Assembly: GCA_965207885.1 (NCBI GenBank) | Contig: OZ242311.1 | Span: 6,016,001-6,080,000, forward strand | From: Candidatus Latescibacterota bacterium | GTDB lineage: Bacteria > Latescibacterota > UBA2968 | Reading direction: 5' to 3' | Length of the DNA stretch: 64,000 nucleotides | In this document: in pieces, positions 9,654 to 19,490 of the stretch | Layout of the letters: every line of letters begins with the position of its first letter | Numbering within the stretch: the first letter of the stretch is position 1 | Notes under the pieces: model-generated | The model's database searches: none | Told to the model about the DNA's origin: nothing | Seen by the model: only the letters and a program-made list of their open reading frames with translations | Made by a program: the position numbers and the translations under genes

Positions 9654-10838
9654 ATGTATCGAAACGTTTTCTATATGGTGCTGCTGGTCGTGCTTTTTCC
9701 CCTTTCGGGATACGCGCAATCAGATGTCGATATTGATTTTGACGATAACGGCGTTGTTGATCTGCAAGATCTTTTGGCTCTGACCGAAGCCTTTGGTACA
9801 AATGATGCGAAGTATGATTTGCACCCGGATGGCGTGGTTAATTTTAAAGATCTTATCATTTTTGCCAGTGCGTACAATCAGGAAGATACTTCTGAACCCG
9901 TCACCGAGGAAGTCGAGGAGCAAGAAGCCTCTGCTCAGGTCGAATTTTTTGAGCTTTTGACGCCGAATAGCCGGCCAAATGATCTGGCGATTGACTCTCG
10001 AGGGTATATATGGTTTACAGAGATGGGGGCCAATGCAATTGGCCGATTAGAGCCGCGCACAGATATGATTCGCCGATTTTCTTTGACCACGCCGGGTGCG
10101 CAACCACACAGTATTGCTCTCGACAGTCAGGGGCACGTCTGGTTTTCAGAAATTGCCGCCAACCGCATTGGCCTCCTGGATCCCTTCTCCGATGATATTC
10201 AGGAGTTCACTGTTCCGACTCCGGGCAGTCGGCCAATGAGTTTGAAATTTGACGATCAATGGAAGCTCTGGTTTATCGAGAGTGGAGCCGACCGCATTGC
10301 GCGGCTGGATCCGGTCACCGAGACGATAGAAGAATTTCCAATTGGTGAGGAAGATATCACACTTGGTTCGCTTCAGATAGATGATGGCGGGCGGGTCTGG
10401 TTCGTCAATCACGAACAAAGTCAGCTGGGTATGCTCGATCCCGATACTGAAGAGATTACCACCTATTCGCTTCCAGATAGCGGTTTTGCTATTGGGCAAA
10501 TGGGATTGGATTCAATAGGGAGGATGTGGTTTACGGATACGGATTCGACAAGGCTGGGCATGTTTGATTCTATCACCAGGCAAACGCGTTTTTTCCGGTT
10601 TCCCGAAAAGATGGAATCTCCACATGCTTTGCAGGTCGATTCGAATGATCGCGTGTGGATCGGTGGACAATCGTCGGGATGGCTGACCAGTTTTAGTTTG
10701 CAAGATACAACGTTTACGCTCTATGAGATTTCCGATGATGATGTTGAGGTCAAAAACTTGCGCATTGATCGCAGAGGTGTTGTCTGGATTGTCGATTCAG
10801 AGGGGAATCGCATTGGACGGATTGAAACGTCTGATTAA
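9654..10838 (+). CDS. Secreted protein: EF-hand/dockerin-like module plus Vgb-lyase-like beta-propeller
   Basis: Start reassigned to ATG 9654 (GGAG RBS, signal peptide ending GYA-Q). DFDDNGVVDLQDL...YDLHPDGVVNFKDL, then repeated DS.G.IWF.E..AN.IGRLDP blades. Confidence 0.8.
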   Translation: MYRNVFYMVLLVVLFPLSGYAQSDVDIDFDDNGVVDLQDLLALTEAFGTNDAKYDLHPDGVVNFKDLIIFASAYNQEDTSEPVTEEVEEQEASAQVEFFELLTPNSRPNDLAIDSRGYIWFTEMGANAIGRLEPRTDMIRRFSLTTPGAQPHSIALDSQGHVWFSEIAANRIGLLDPFSDDIQEFTVPTPGSRPMSLKFDDQWKLWFIESGADRIARLDPVTETIEEFPIGEEDITLGSLQIDDGGRVWFVNHEQSQLGMLDPDTEEITTYSLPDSGFAIGQMGLDSIGRMWFTDTDSTRLGMFDSITRQTRFFRFPEKMESPHALQVDSNDRVWIGGQSSGWLTSFSLQDTTFTLYEISDDDVEVKNLRIDRRGVVWIVDSEGNRIGRIETSD

Positions 10839-10901
10839 TGGTTTATCCCATCGCCAGAGGAAATTTAGATTTTAAGGACGAGCGGGAATCGGTCTGCAAG
10901 C

Positions 10902-10930
10902 AAAGCACTCTAAATATAGAGTGCTTTTTT
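10902..10930 (+). terminator. Intrinsic terminator
   Basis: AAAGCACTCTA-AATA-TAGAGTGCTTTTTT. Confidence 0.75.
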
Positions 10931-11008
10931 ATTTAAAAAGGCGTTGACACACCGGATAGGGCATACTATATACGGTTTATGCGCTAAAGTTATACAGGGT
11001 CAACGGTT

Positions 11009-12412
11009 ATGAAATCTTGCAATATCATTTTTTGTTTTGCTCTTATCGGGTTGCTGGTTTTGCCATGTGATGCTGATCAGTTGGTGTTGATGTCGCCACA
11101 TTCAGATGAGATCCAAAACGAGTTTGAGTCGGCTTTTGTGGCTTTTTATAAAGAGACCACAGATCGAGATGTGCGGGTAGAGTGGCTCGATATCGGGGGG
11201 GGCACGAGTTCGATTTTGCGTTATATCAAATCGGAATTTGGGCGGTCGCCAGAGGGTATTGGCATCGATATTTTTTTTGGCGGAGGCACCGCGCCTTATG
11301 TAGATTTGTCTGAGCGCGGGCTGTGCCAACCCTATCGGTTGTCCGATGCTGCGTTCAATCGATTGCCCGCGCAGATTGGGGGGGTTCCGCTTTACGATTC
11401 GGCCTATCAATGGTATGGTGCAACGCTGTCGGGTTTTGGCATTGTGTATAATCGGCGCGTGATTGAAATTTTGAATTTACCCCTCCCCCAAACCTGGGCA
11501 GATTTGGGCGCGCCGGAATTGTTTTCGTGGGTTGGTTCGGGCGATCCGCGCAAGAGTGGCAGCGTTCACATGGCTTATGAATTGATTTTGCAGGCTTATG
11601 GCTGGGAAAGAGGATGGGAAGTGATTACCACAATGGGGGCCAATGTGCGAAATTTTGGACAAGGTGGCTCTTATGCCCCCAGGGAAGTCGCTGTGGGCGA
11701 AGTGGCTTATGGTTTGTCTATTGACTTTTATGCATGGGCACAAGTCGCAGAAGTGGGCGATGAATACGTGGGCTTTGTGATGCCCGATAATTTGACCATT
11801 GTCAATCCCGATGGCATCGCCATCTTAAAGGGTGCGCCAAACCTGGAGGTGGCACAGGTATTTTTGGAGTTTGTGATGTCCGATGCGGGGCAGAAGCTCT
11901 GGTTTTTGAAAAAGGGCGTGCCGGGCGGTCCTGTCAATAAGCAGTTGAACCGATTTACCGTATTGCCAGATCTGTACACGCGCTATCAAAGTGATGCTGC
12001 GGTGACGTTAAATCCCTTTGAATGGCGTTCCGATTTGATATACGATGCTGAACTGGGTAGCGGGCGCTGGCGCGTGTTGAACGATTTGATCGGCGTGATG
12101 GTCATTGACTCACAGCGGGCATTGCAAGCTACCTGGAAGGACGCGATGACAGATGGCGTGTCAGAAGAAGAACGCAAGAAGCTGTCATCTGTACCTATTT
12201 CTGAGGCTGAAGCACTGAAGTTGGAGCAGTTGTGGGGAGATGCCGAGATGCGCAATCGCACAATGGCTGACTGGACGGATTTTGCGCGCGACAAATACGG
12301 TGCTCGCGATGTGCCTTTGTCTGTGCGTATTACCAATGCGATTACTCTGTTTTTCCCCATGGGTATTGCCTGCTGTGTGGTGGCTTATTTGTGGCGTTTG
12401 CGCAGGAATTAA
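11009..12412 (+). CDS. ABC transporter substrate-binding protein (Fe3+/thiamine/phosphonate class) with C-terminal TM anchor
   Basis: DIFFGGG, DPRKSGS, PDGIAILKGAPN.EVA..F.EF; hydrophobic C-terminus ending WRLRRN. Confidence 0.85.
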   Translation: MKSCNIIFCFALIGLLVLPCDADQLVLMSPHSDEIQNEFESAFVAFYKETTDRDVRVEWLDIGGGTSSILRYIKSEFGRSPEGIGIDIFFGGGTAPYVDLSERGLCQPYRLSDAAFNRLPAQIGGVPLYDSAYQWYGATLSGFGIVYNRRVIEILNLPLPQTWADLGAPELFSWVGSGDPRKSGSVHMAYELILQAYGWERGWEVITTMGANVRNFGQGGSYAPREVAVGEVAYGLSIDFYAWAQVAEVGDEYVGFVMPDNLTIVNPDGIAILKGAPNLEVAQVFLEFVMSDAGQKLWFLKKGVPGGPVNKQLNRFTVLPDLYTRYQSDAAVTLNPFEWRSDLIYDAELGSGRWRVLNDLIGVMVIDSQRALQATWKDAMTDGVSEEERKKLSSVPISEAEALKLEQLWGDAEMRNRTMADWTDFARDKYGARDVPLSVRITNAITLFFPMGIACCVVAYLWRLRRN

Positions 12413-12424
12413 AAAGAGTGAGAT

Positions 12425-13522
12425 ATGTTCGGAATCAGGCTGGAAAATGTGACCAAGCGTTTTGACAATGTTCTGGCATTGGATCGCATCAATCTGGAAA
12501 TTGACGCGGGGGAGTTCTTTTTTTTGCTGGGTCCCTCTGGTTGTGGCAAAACCACGTTGTTGCGCATTTTGGCGGGTTTTGAGCAGCCCGAGAGTGGTCG
12601 GGTGATTTTTGATGAACGCGATATGACTCCTGTACCTCCGCACGAGCGCAATACGGGTATGGTGTTTCAGAATTATGCGTTGTGGCCTCACATGACGGTC
12701 TGGAAAAATGTGGAATACGGCCTCACCATGCGCAATATGTCGCAGCACGCGCGCGATCAAAAAGTGAGGCGCGCTCTGGAAATGGTTCAGATGAGCGGTT
12801 ATGCCGAGCGGTCGCCCAATCAGCTTTCGGGAGGGCAGCAACAGCGCGTGGCTCTGGCGCGGGCACTTGTCATAGAACCGGGTGTTGTGCTGCTGGATGA
12901 GCCGCTTTCCAATCTGGATGCGCGATTGCGGTTGGAAATGCGCGAGCAGTTACAGGATTTGCAGCGGACTTTGGGTGTTACGATGATTTATGTGACACAC
13001 GATCAAAAAGAAGCGCTGGCAATGGGTGCGCGCATTGCGGTTATGCAGATGGGCAAGGTGGCGCAAATCGGTACGCCTCGGGATGTTTACAGGCAACCGA
13101 TCACGCGCTTTGTCGCGGATTTTATTGGCGAGATCAATTTGATTTCTGGGGAGATAAAATCTGTGGGATCCGAGGTGATCGCTGCAACAGATGTGGGGAA
13201 TATTCGCGGACAGGCGGGATATGAGGGTGTTCAGGTGGGGGATCAGGTGTTGTGCGCGATTCGGCCCGAGGCAATGGATTTTCTTTCGGATGAATCTGGG
13301 ACGGCGGATAATGTCATTTTTGGGCGCGTGCGGCGTGCGATTTATCTGGGTGAAGTCGAGCAATTTTTTGTTGAATTGGCGAGCGGCGATCAGATCAAAC
13401 TGATTAAGTACGGCGCGACTGTGCAGCACGCACAACCCGGCGATGAGGTGCGACTGGGGTTTTCGAAGCAGCAGGTGGTTGTGTTGCGCGATGAATCGGA
13501 GGACCGCGATGAGGCGGTTTGA
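12425..13522 (+). CDS. ABC transporter ATPase (FbpC/PotA-like)
   Basis: GPSGCGKTT, VFQNYALWPH, LSGGQQQR, LLDEPLSNLD; TOBE-like tail. Confidence 0.93.
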   Translation: MFGIRLENVTKRFDNVLALDRINLEIDAGEFFFLLGPSGCGKTTLLRILAGFEQPESGRVIFDERDMTPVPPHERNTGMVFQNYALWPHMTVWKNVEYGLTMRNMSQHARDQKVRRALEMVQMSGYAERSPNQLSGGQQQRVALARALVIEPGVVLLDEPLSNLDARLRLEMREQLQDLQRTLGVTMIYVTHDQKEALAMGARIAVMQMGKVAQIGTPRDVYRQPITRFVADFIGEINLISGEIKSVGSEVIAATDVGNIRGQAGYEGVQVGDQVLCAIRPEAMDFLSDESGTADNVIFGRVRRAIYLGEVEQFFVELASGDQIKLIKYGATVQHAQPGDEVRLGFSKQQVVVLRDESEDRDEAV

Positions 13523-15194
13523 TCTCAATTTGCCCACGCTCATTTTTCTGGTGGGGTTGATCGGCTTTTTTGCCTTGTTTTTGTTTTATCCCCTGTGGTA
13601 TGCCTTTGTGCAATCGCTGGTGGTCGATGGCAGGTTTACGTTTGCGTTTTACGAATTGATGGTGACGAGTCCGGTTTATCAAGAGGCCATTCTCAATAGT
13701 TTTCGGCTGGGGATGATTACGACTATTGCGACTACGTTGCTCAGTTTGCCTCTGGCGTTTTTGCTGGTGCGATACAATTTTGCGGGCAAAGGATTTCTCA
13801 ATGGTTTGATTCTGGTGCCTATGGTTTTGCCCCCGTTTGTAGGGGCGATAGGCATGAAGCAGATGTTTGCACGTTTTGGTTCTATCAATTTGCTGCTTCT
13901 GGATTTGGGACTTATCGATCAGCCGGTAGATTGGTTTGGCGGTGGTGGTTTTGTGGGCGTGGTGATTTTAGAGGTGCTGCATCTCTATCCCATTATGTAT
14001 CTCAATGTGGCCGCTGCGCTTGCCAATGTCGATCCGAGCCTGGAAGAGGCGGCGCGCAATATGGGCAGTAGCGGGTTTCGCCTTTTTCGCACGGTGACAT
14101 TTCCACTGATGTTGCCAGGCTATTTTGCCGGGGCGATTATTGTTTTTATCTGGGCGTTTACCGATTTGGGGACGCCGCTTATCTTCAATTACCGTCAGGT
14201 TGTAGCGGTCGAGATTTTCAATTCTATTGAGGATATTAACGAAAATCCGATGGCTTACGCGCTCGTTGTCTTCGTGTTGCTGTTGACGGTTTTTTTCTTT
14301 TATCTGTCAAAGGCGACGCTGGGCAATCGCCGCTATGAGATGATTGCGCGAGGGTATATCAGTTCGGGATCGCGCCCTGCTTCTCGCGGGATGACTGTGT
14401 TGATTTACGCCGCGATGTTGTCGCTTACGGGCATTGCTCTGATTCCGCATTTGAGTGTGTTTTTGACGTCTATTGCCGAGCGCTGGTTTATGGCTGTGCT
14501 GCCCCAGGAGACGACCGGGCGATTTTATGCGATGGTTTTTGAACACCCGATGTCTCTGTCCAGTATTGAGATGAGTCTGATATTGAGTGTGTTGAGTACG
14601 ACGCTGGATGTTGTGTTGGGGATTGCTATTGCGTATTTGCTCACGCGCACGCGCATTCCGTATAAGGGCGTTTTAGATGCGGTGGCGATGTTGCCCTTAG
14701 CTCTGCCCGGTCTGGTGCTGGCTTTTGGGTATTTGGCGGGGTATTCGGGTACTTTTTTGGATGCGCGGCACTATCCCGTGCCACTGCTGGTTATTGCCTA
14801 TGCGGTGCGGCGGTTGCCCTATATGGTGCGTGCGGCGTATGCGGGTTTTCAGCAGACGAGTGTGACGCTGGAAGAGGCGGCTCAGAATTTGGGGGCTTCC
14901 CGGTTGCGCACGCTTTTTCAAATTACATTTCCACTGATTTTAGCCAATCTGGTGGCTGGCGGTATTTTGTGTTTTGCGTTTGCAATGCTCGAGGTGAGCG
15001 ATAGTTTGATTTTGGCGCTCAAGGACGAATACTATCCCATCACAAAAGCGATTTACGCGCTTATGGGGCGCATTGCAGATGGCGCGTATTTGGCCAGTGC
15101 GATGGGTGTTTTTGGTATGGTGTTGCTGATTGTGAGTTTGTTTTTGGCCGGGCGATTTTTGGGCAGGCGCATGGGCGAGTTGTTCCGCGCTTAA
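13509..15194 (+). CDS. ABC transporter permease (FbpB-like, duplicated)
   Basis: Two EAA motifs (LEEAARNMG, LEEAAQNLG); start reassigned to ATG 13509. Confidence 0.9.
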   Translation: MRRFDLNLPTLIFLVGLIGFFALFLFYPLWYAFVQSLVVDGRFTFAFYELMVTSPVYQEAILNSFRLGMITTIATTLLSLPLAFLLVRYNFAGKGFLNGLILVPMVLPPFVGAIGMKQMFARFGSINLLLLDLGLIDQPVDWFGGGGFVGVVILEVLHLYPIMYLNVAAALANVDPSLEEAARNMGSSGFRLFRTVTFPLMLPGYFAGAIIVFIWAFTDLGTPLIFNYRQVVAVEIFNSIEDINENPMAYALVVFVLLLTVFFFYLSKATLGNRRYEMIARGYISSGSRPASRGMTVLIYAAMLSLTGIALIPHLSVFLTSIAERWFMAVLPQETTGRFYAMVFEHPMSLSSIEMSLILSVLSTTLDVVLGIAIAYLLTRTRIPYKGVLDAVAMLPLALPGLVLAFGYLAGYSGTFLDARHYPVPLLVIAYAVRRLPYMVRAAYAGFQQTSVTLEEAAQNLGASRLRTLFQITFPLILANLVAGGILCFAFAMLEVSDSLILALKDEYYPITKAIYALMGRIADGAYLASAMGVFGMVLLIVSLFLAGRFLGRRMGELFRA

Positions 15195-15214
15195 ATGAAA
15201 ATTCAAAGGGGCTT

Positions 15215-18200
15215 GTGATGGACTTGCGGAGATGGATAATTATTTTTGCAGGGGGTGTGATAGGCATGGTCAATGCGGCGATGGCACAGAATACACCGTG
15301 GCACTACAGTTTTGAGGAAACGACGCTGTCGGCGGCCTATCGGGCAGATGCGGGTAGTCAGGTTTCGCTTTCGACGAGACGTTATAAGGCGGGGCAGCAA
15401 TCTCTGAAGTGGGCATGGCAGAATAATGGGCGGCTTGTGTTCACGGATCCGGCAACACAACGCAATCGGACGCTGAACGGTTTTCGGGCGTGGGTGTACA
15501 ACGAGGAGGCGCTCGATGAGGTGCTGACGTTTGGGTTTGGTACGGAATCTGAGTTGTCGGCAAATAATCCGCGTTACCGGTTTGAGTTTGGTTTGAATTT
15601 TACGGGCTGGCGGGCGATGTGGATCAATTTGGAAGATGATGCGCGGAATAATTCTTATACGGGTCCGAGAAATGGGCGTGTGACGGCGTTTGAAATCCGT
15701 GCGCCGAATGGTGGAACTGTGTATCTGGATCTGGTGGAATTGGTGGAGAGAATTCATTTCAGGCGATCTCCCGATGCACAGGTTCCATTTGTGAATGGAG
15801 GTATAAATACAAGTGGCGAGAGAACCCGCGAATACAGATGGAGTCTGAATACATTGCCGGGTCCGCTTCCTTTGCAGATCACTGATGATGAACGGAGGGC
15901 TCTTGAGACGATTGCGGCGCGATATGAGGCGTGGGTTCTGGGTGATGGGGTGAAAGATGATCAGCGGGAGCCAGTGAGGATTCGGCTCAATGAACTTACA
16001 GCATACATAAGGCGCGGGCATCGCAATCTCGCAGATTACGAGATTCGGCGGGAAGATGACCGCATTTTGGGAAAGCCTCTGTTTGCAGCCCTTTCACCCT
16101 ACAGGCCCTATTTTCAGAGTGTTTTTCAAAATGTTTTGTTGCGTCTGGTGCTGGATTATCGGTTGAATGGCAATGAGGAGGCCAAAGATCGCGTGATAGA
16201 TGTTTTCGATTATCTGCACGATCAGGGTTGGGCAGAAGGCAGTGGTGTTGGCGCGATGCATCACGAGTTTTTACGGATTGCGAGCTATGCGCATGCGGTG
16301 TATTTGATGCGGGATGTTTTGGGTGATACGAATCGACTGGAACGGGAATTGGCGAGTTTGAAATGGTATAGCATGTTTGGCGAGTTGTATGAACAGACCT
16401 GGGATCCGGGCACGAATGCAGATTTTTTGCGTTCGGTGGCGATGTATCGGTTGTTGTGCATTTTGATGATGGACGATTCGCCCGAGAAGGTGGCGAATAT
16501 GCATCGCTATGTGGCGTGGTTGAATAATGCGCTATCTATTGCACCTGGCTGGCTGGATACGATTAAGCCGGATTTTGTGGGTTTTCACCATCGGGGTATT
16601 TACGCCAATGCGTATGCGCCAAACGCCTTTCACGTGGCTTCTGTTCTGGTGTATTTGTTGCACGATACGCCTTTTGCGGTTGCAGATGATAAGCGCGATA
16701 ATTTGAAGCAGGCACTGTTAACAGCCAGAGTTATGACGAATACGTATGATATTTCAACGGCCATTAATGGGCGCTTTCCGCTTAATACAACGGTAACGGA
16801 TGGTCTTTTGCCGGCGTATATGTATGTGGCTTTGAGTTATCCTTCGGTGGATGCGGAATTATCGGGCGCGTTTATGCAGCTTTGGAGACCTCAATCGCAG
16901 TTGCTGATAGAAGGTTTGTTTGAACAGGTAGCTTCTCGGATCATGTATTTGCACACGCCGGGTGCGATGCAGATGATGGCGGATTTTGCAAGTGCGGGAT
17001 ACCCACCTATTGCTGTGCCTTCTGGTCACTGGACATTGCCTTATGGCGCGTTGTCCATTCATCGGCGTGGAGACTGGATGGTGAGCATGAAGGGATGGAG
17101 CAAATACGTGTGGGATTACGAGTCGTCATCTGGCGGAGAAAATCAACTCGGTCGTTATTTGAGCTATGGTTCGATGCTGATTTACGGCAGTGGCGATCCG
17201 GTCACGCGTGAGGCGAGTGGGATTGTGCGGGATGGGTGGGACTGGAGCATGTGGCCCGGTACGACGGTGATTCGCCTGAGTCATGAGCAGCTCAAACACG
17301 AGGGGCGCGATCGCAATTTTTCGGATGAGACTTTTGTGGGTGGGGTGAATATAGAAGGGCAGAATGGTGTGTTTGCGCTGAAGTTGCACGATACGAGATT
17401 CAATACGAGTTTTCGGGCGGTTAAGACGGTGTTCTGTTTTGACGATGTGATAGTTTGTCTGGGTTCTGGTATTGAGAATGATGATGGTGGGCATGCGACT
17501 GTGACGCCGCTGTTTCAGGCGTCTATCTCTGAAGATCGGCCTACGGGAGTGAATGGGGAAAATGTGCGGGGGATTCCTTATGCGTTTTCGGGGACAAAGG
17601 GGCAGAGGGCCTGGGTAATGGATTCACGGGGCAATGGGTATGTGATTCCAGATGGGGGCGACTTGCGGGTGCAGCGCCAGGTACAAACTCCTGGAGATTT
17701 TGGCAGCGAGGGTGGTACAGGAACTTTTGAATTGGCGTATCTGGATCACGGTCCTATGCCTCAGGGTGCGTCATATCACTATGCCGTGCTGGTTCAGAGG
17801 TCGCCTGATAGGGTGCGTGCGTTTGCGAGTGCGCCGGAATACGATGTTTGGCAGCGAGATCATCAGGCACATATCGTGCATCATCGCGGGATGAAGATGA
17901 CGGGCTACGCGCTGTTTGAGACGGATGCGAGGCCGACAAATGGTCCGGTTGAGGCTGTATCTTTGCCGAGTTTGGTGATGACCCGCGAGATAGGTGATGG
18001 GTTATTGCTTTCGGTGGCTGATCCGGATTTTGGGTGGAGCTGGGAGATCCAGACGCCGCATCGGCAGGATGGTTCGCTAATTGTCAATCAGGCGAGTATG
18101 CCCCGGAAGGTAGAGGTGACAGTGCGCGGAAAATGGCGTTTGGATCAGTCCTATGATCTGGTAGAGATTGTAGAGGAGAACGAGGATCAGACGGTTGTGG

Positions 18201-18496
18201 CTTTTATTTGTCAGGATGGCGAGAGCGTAGAGGTGAAACTGATATCGGGAATAAGTGTGAGTGTTGCAAATCTGGATTTTGATGGGGACGGTGTGATCGG
18301 CATAGGGGATTTTTTGCTTTTTGCCAGTAAATTTGGTCTGTCGGAGGGTGATGCGGGTTTTGAAGCAAAATACGATCTGGATGGCAATGGCATAGTGGGA
18401 ATCAGCGATTTTCTGATTTTTACACAGGGATTTGGTAAACCGGTGGGTGGAAAGCCAGTGGCTCTCCGGAATGGAGGAGAAAGATTGGGATCGTGA
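15215..18496 (+). CDS. Chondroitin ABC lyase-like polysaccharide lyase (PL8) with C-terminal dockerin-like module
   Basis: LNFTGWRAMW, DQGWAEGSG, IKPDF.GFHHRGIY, GRYLSYGS, GWDWS.WPGTT; C-terminal DFDGDG..DFLLF..FG repeat. Confidence 0.88.
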   Translation: MMDLRRWIIIFAGGVIGMVNAAMAQNTPWHYSFEETTLSAAYRADAGSQVSLSTRRYKAGQQSLKWAWQNNGRLVFTDPATQRNRTLNGFRAWVYNEEALDEVLTFGFGTESELSANNPRYRFEFGLNFTGWRAMWINLEDDARNNSYTGPRNGRVTAFEIRAPNGGTVYLDLVELVERIHFRRSPDAQVPFVNGGINTSGERTREYRWSLNTLPGPLPLQITDDERRALETIAARYEAWVLGDGVKDDQREPVRIRLNELTAYIRRGHRNLADYEIRREDDRILGKPLFAALSPYRPYFQSVFQNVLLRLVLDYRLNGNEEAKDRVIDVFDYLHDQGWAEGSGVGAMHHEFLRIASYAHAVYLMRDVLGDTNRLERELASLKWYSMFGELYEQTWDPGTNADFLRSVAMYRLLCILMMDDSPEKVANMHRYVAWLNNALSIAPGWLDTIKPDFVGFHHRGIYANAYAPNAFHVASVLVYLLHDTPFAVADDKRDNLKQALLTARVMTNTYDISTAINGRFPLNTTVTDGLLPAYMYVALSYPSVDAELSGAFMQLWRPQSQLLIEGLFEQVASRIMYLHTPGAMQMMADFASAGYPPIAVPSGHWTLPYGALSIHRRGDWMVSMKGWSKYVWDYESSSGGENQLGRYLSYGSMLIYGSGDPVTREASGIVRDGWDWSMWPGTTVIRLSHEQLKHEGRDRNFSDETFVGGVNIEGQNGVFALKLHDTRFNTSFRAVKTVFCFDDVIVCLGSGIENDDGGHATVTPLFQASISEDRPTGVNGENVRGIPYAFSGTKGQRAWVMDSRGNGYVIPDGGDLRVQRQVQTPGDFGSEGGTGTFELAYLDHGPMPQGASYHYAVLVQRSPDRVRAFASAPEYDVWQRDHQAHIVHHRGMKMTGYALFETDARPTNGPVEAVSLPSLVMTREIGDGLLLSVADPDFGWSWEIQTPHRQDGSLIVNQASMPRKVEVTVRGKWRLDQSYDLVEIVEENEDQTVVAFICQDGESVEVKLISGISVSVANLDFDGDGVIGIGDFLLFASKFGLSEGDAGFEAKYDLDGNGIVGISDFLIFTQGFGKPVGGKPVALRNGGERLGS

Positions 18497-18513
18497 TAGT
18501 TTGAGGCCTTTAT

Positions 18514-18556
18514 AACAAACAAAAGCCGCCACATTATGTGGCGGCTTTTGTTTGTT
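18514..18556. terminator. Bidirectional intrinsic terminator
   Basis: AACAAACAAAAGCCGCCACAT-T-ATGTGGCGGCTTTTGTTTGTT between convergent genes. Confidence 0.85.
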
Positions 18557-18557
18557 G

Positions 18558-18833
18558 TTACTCAGAATGCGACTTGTCCCAAATGGGTTTTACTTTTTCG
18601 ATGACTTCAGCATCAGTCGGGCTGGATGCGACGATGTTTGTAAATTCTTCAGCTTCAACTCCGAGTTCCTCCAGGAACTTTCTGTCAGCTGGTCACGGAT
18701 AGACGTAGTCACCGATGCAGCCTCGCAATTTGGCGCGGGCTTTATCCGTAATGCGCGGGAGCCAGGGCATGTCGCCCATGTAAAGCTGACGGCTACGCGG
18801 TCTAAAATCGACGGCGGAACTGAGTTTGTCCAT
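18558..18833 (-). CDS. DUF5069-like small protein with in-frame UGA at codon 47, putative selenoprotein (91 aa)
   Basis: MDKLSSAVDFRPRSRQLYMGDMPWLPRITDKARAKLRGCIGDYVYP-U-PADRKFLEELGVEAEEFTNIVASSPTDAEVIEKVKPIWDKSHSE*. Strong GAAGGAGG RBS, UGA at 18695-18693, terminator directly after the TAA. Confidence 0.8.
18664..18679 (-). promoter_or_regulatory. Putative bacterial SECIS hairpin
   Basis: mRNA AGUUCC-UGGA-GGAACU begins 13 nt after the UGA; G at loop position 2. Confidence 0.6.
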
Positions 18834-18906
18834 TGTAGATCCCTCCTTCAAGTATAATGGCTTTTACAATTGTTAAAACATAGTGATTTTGGCGATGGAT
18901 AGCAAG

Positions 18907-19479
18907 TTAGAAAGTAAGGGTGTATGTGCTCAATGTTGTGTCGCCGTATTTTTTTTGTCGGGAGAGGATGAGGCTGGGAAAGGATTTTGGTAGCGTTGTA
19001 CGAGAGGCGTGTTGTACGAGAATGCGTGCATTGGGCGCGAGTATCGGAGATGTTGCGAGGCGGGTGAGTATGGTGCAGGACATAGGGTGTCCGTCTAATT
19101 GTTGGTGATAGGGAGGGTCGAGGTAGATGATGTCGAATAGGGCTTTTACATGCGCGAGTTGGGGCAAGAGTTTTTGCGCGGGACGCGCGTAAAGATAGAT
19201 GCGGTCGTTGAGATGCCAATTGTCTATGAGCTGTGCGATGAAGCGGTTGCAGCGGCGGTCGGGTTCATTGATGACTACCTGAGCGCCGCGGCTACAGGCT
19301 TCGAGGCCGATTTGACCAGAGCAGGAGAAGAGATCGAGGAAATATTTGCCGCAGAGGATTTCGCCCAGAGAAGAGAATACGGCTTTTTTGACAAAGTCGG
19401 ATGTGACGCGGGCATTGCCGTGCTTTTTATTGTTAAAGGGGATGCGGCGACCCTTAAATTCGCCAGCGATGATGCGCAT
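18907..19479 (-). CDS. rsmD: 16S rRNA m2G966 methyltransferase RsmD family
   Basis: MRIIAGEFKGR, FLDLFSCSGQIGLEA.SRGA, FDIIYLDPPY, KKYGDT. Confidence 0.85.
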   Translation of the reverse strand: MRIIAGEFKGRRIPFNNKKHGNARVTSDFVKKAVFSSLGEILCGKYFLDLFSCSGQIGLEACSRGAQVVINEPDRRCNRFIAQLIDNWHLNDRIYLYARPAQKLLPQLAHVKALFDIIYLDPPYHQQLDGHPMSCTILTRLATSPILAPNARILVQHASRTTLPKSFPSLILSRQKKYGDTTLSTYTLTF

Positions 19480-19490
19480 AAGAGTGTGTT

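Noticed and set aside
10860-10900. Cobalamin riboswitch upstream of the ABC operon (GCGGGAATCGGT)
   Set aside because: No B12 box or other conserved elements; it lies upstream of a terminator and a separate promoter.
18552-18857. 101-aa plus-strand ORF
   Set aside because: Antisense shadow of the UGA-containing gene, which has the RBS and family motif.
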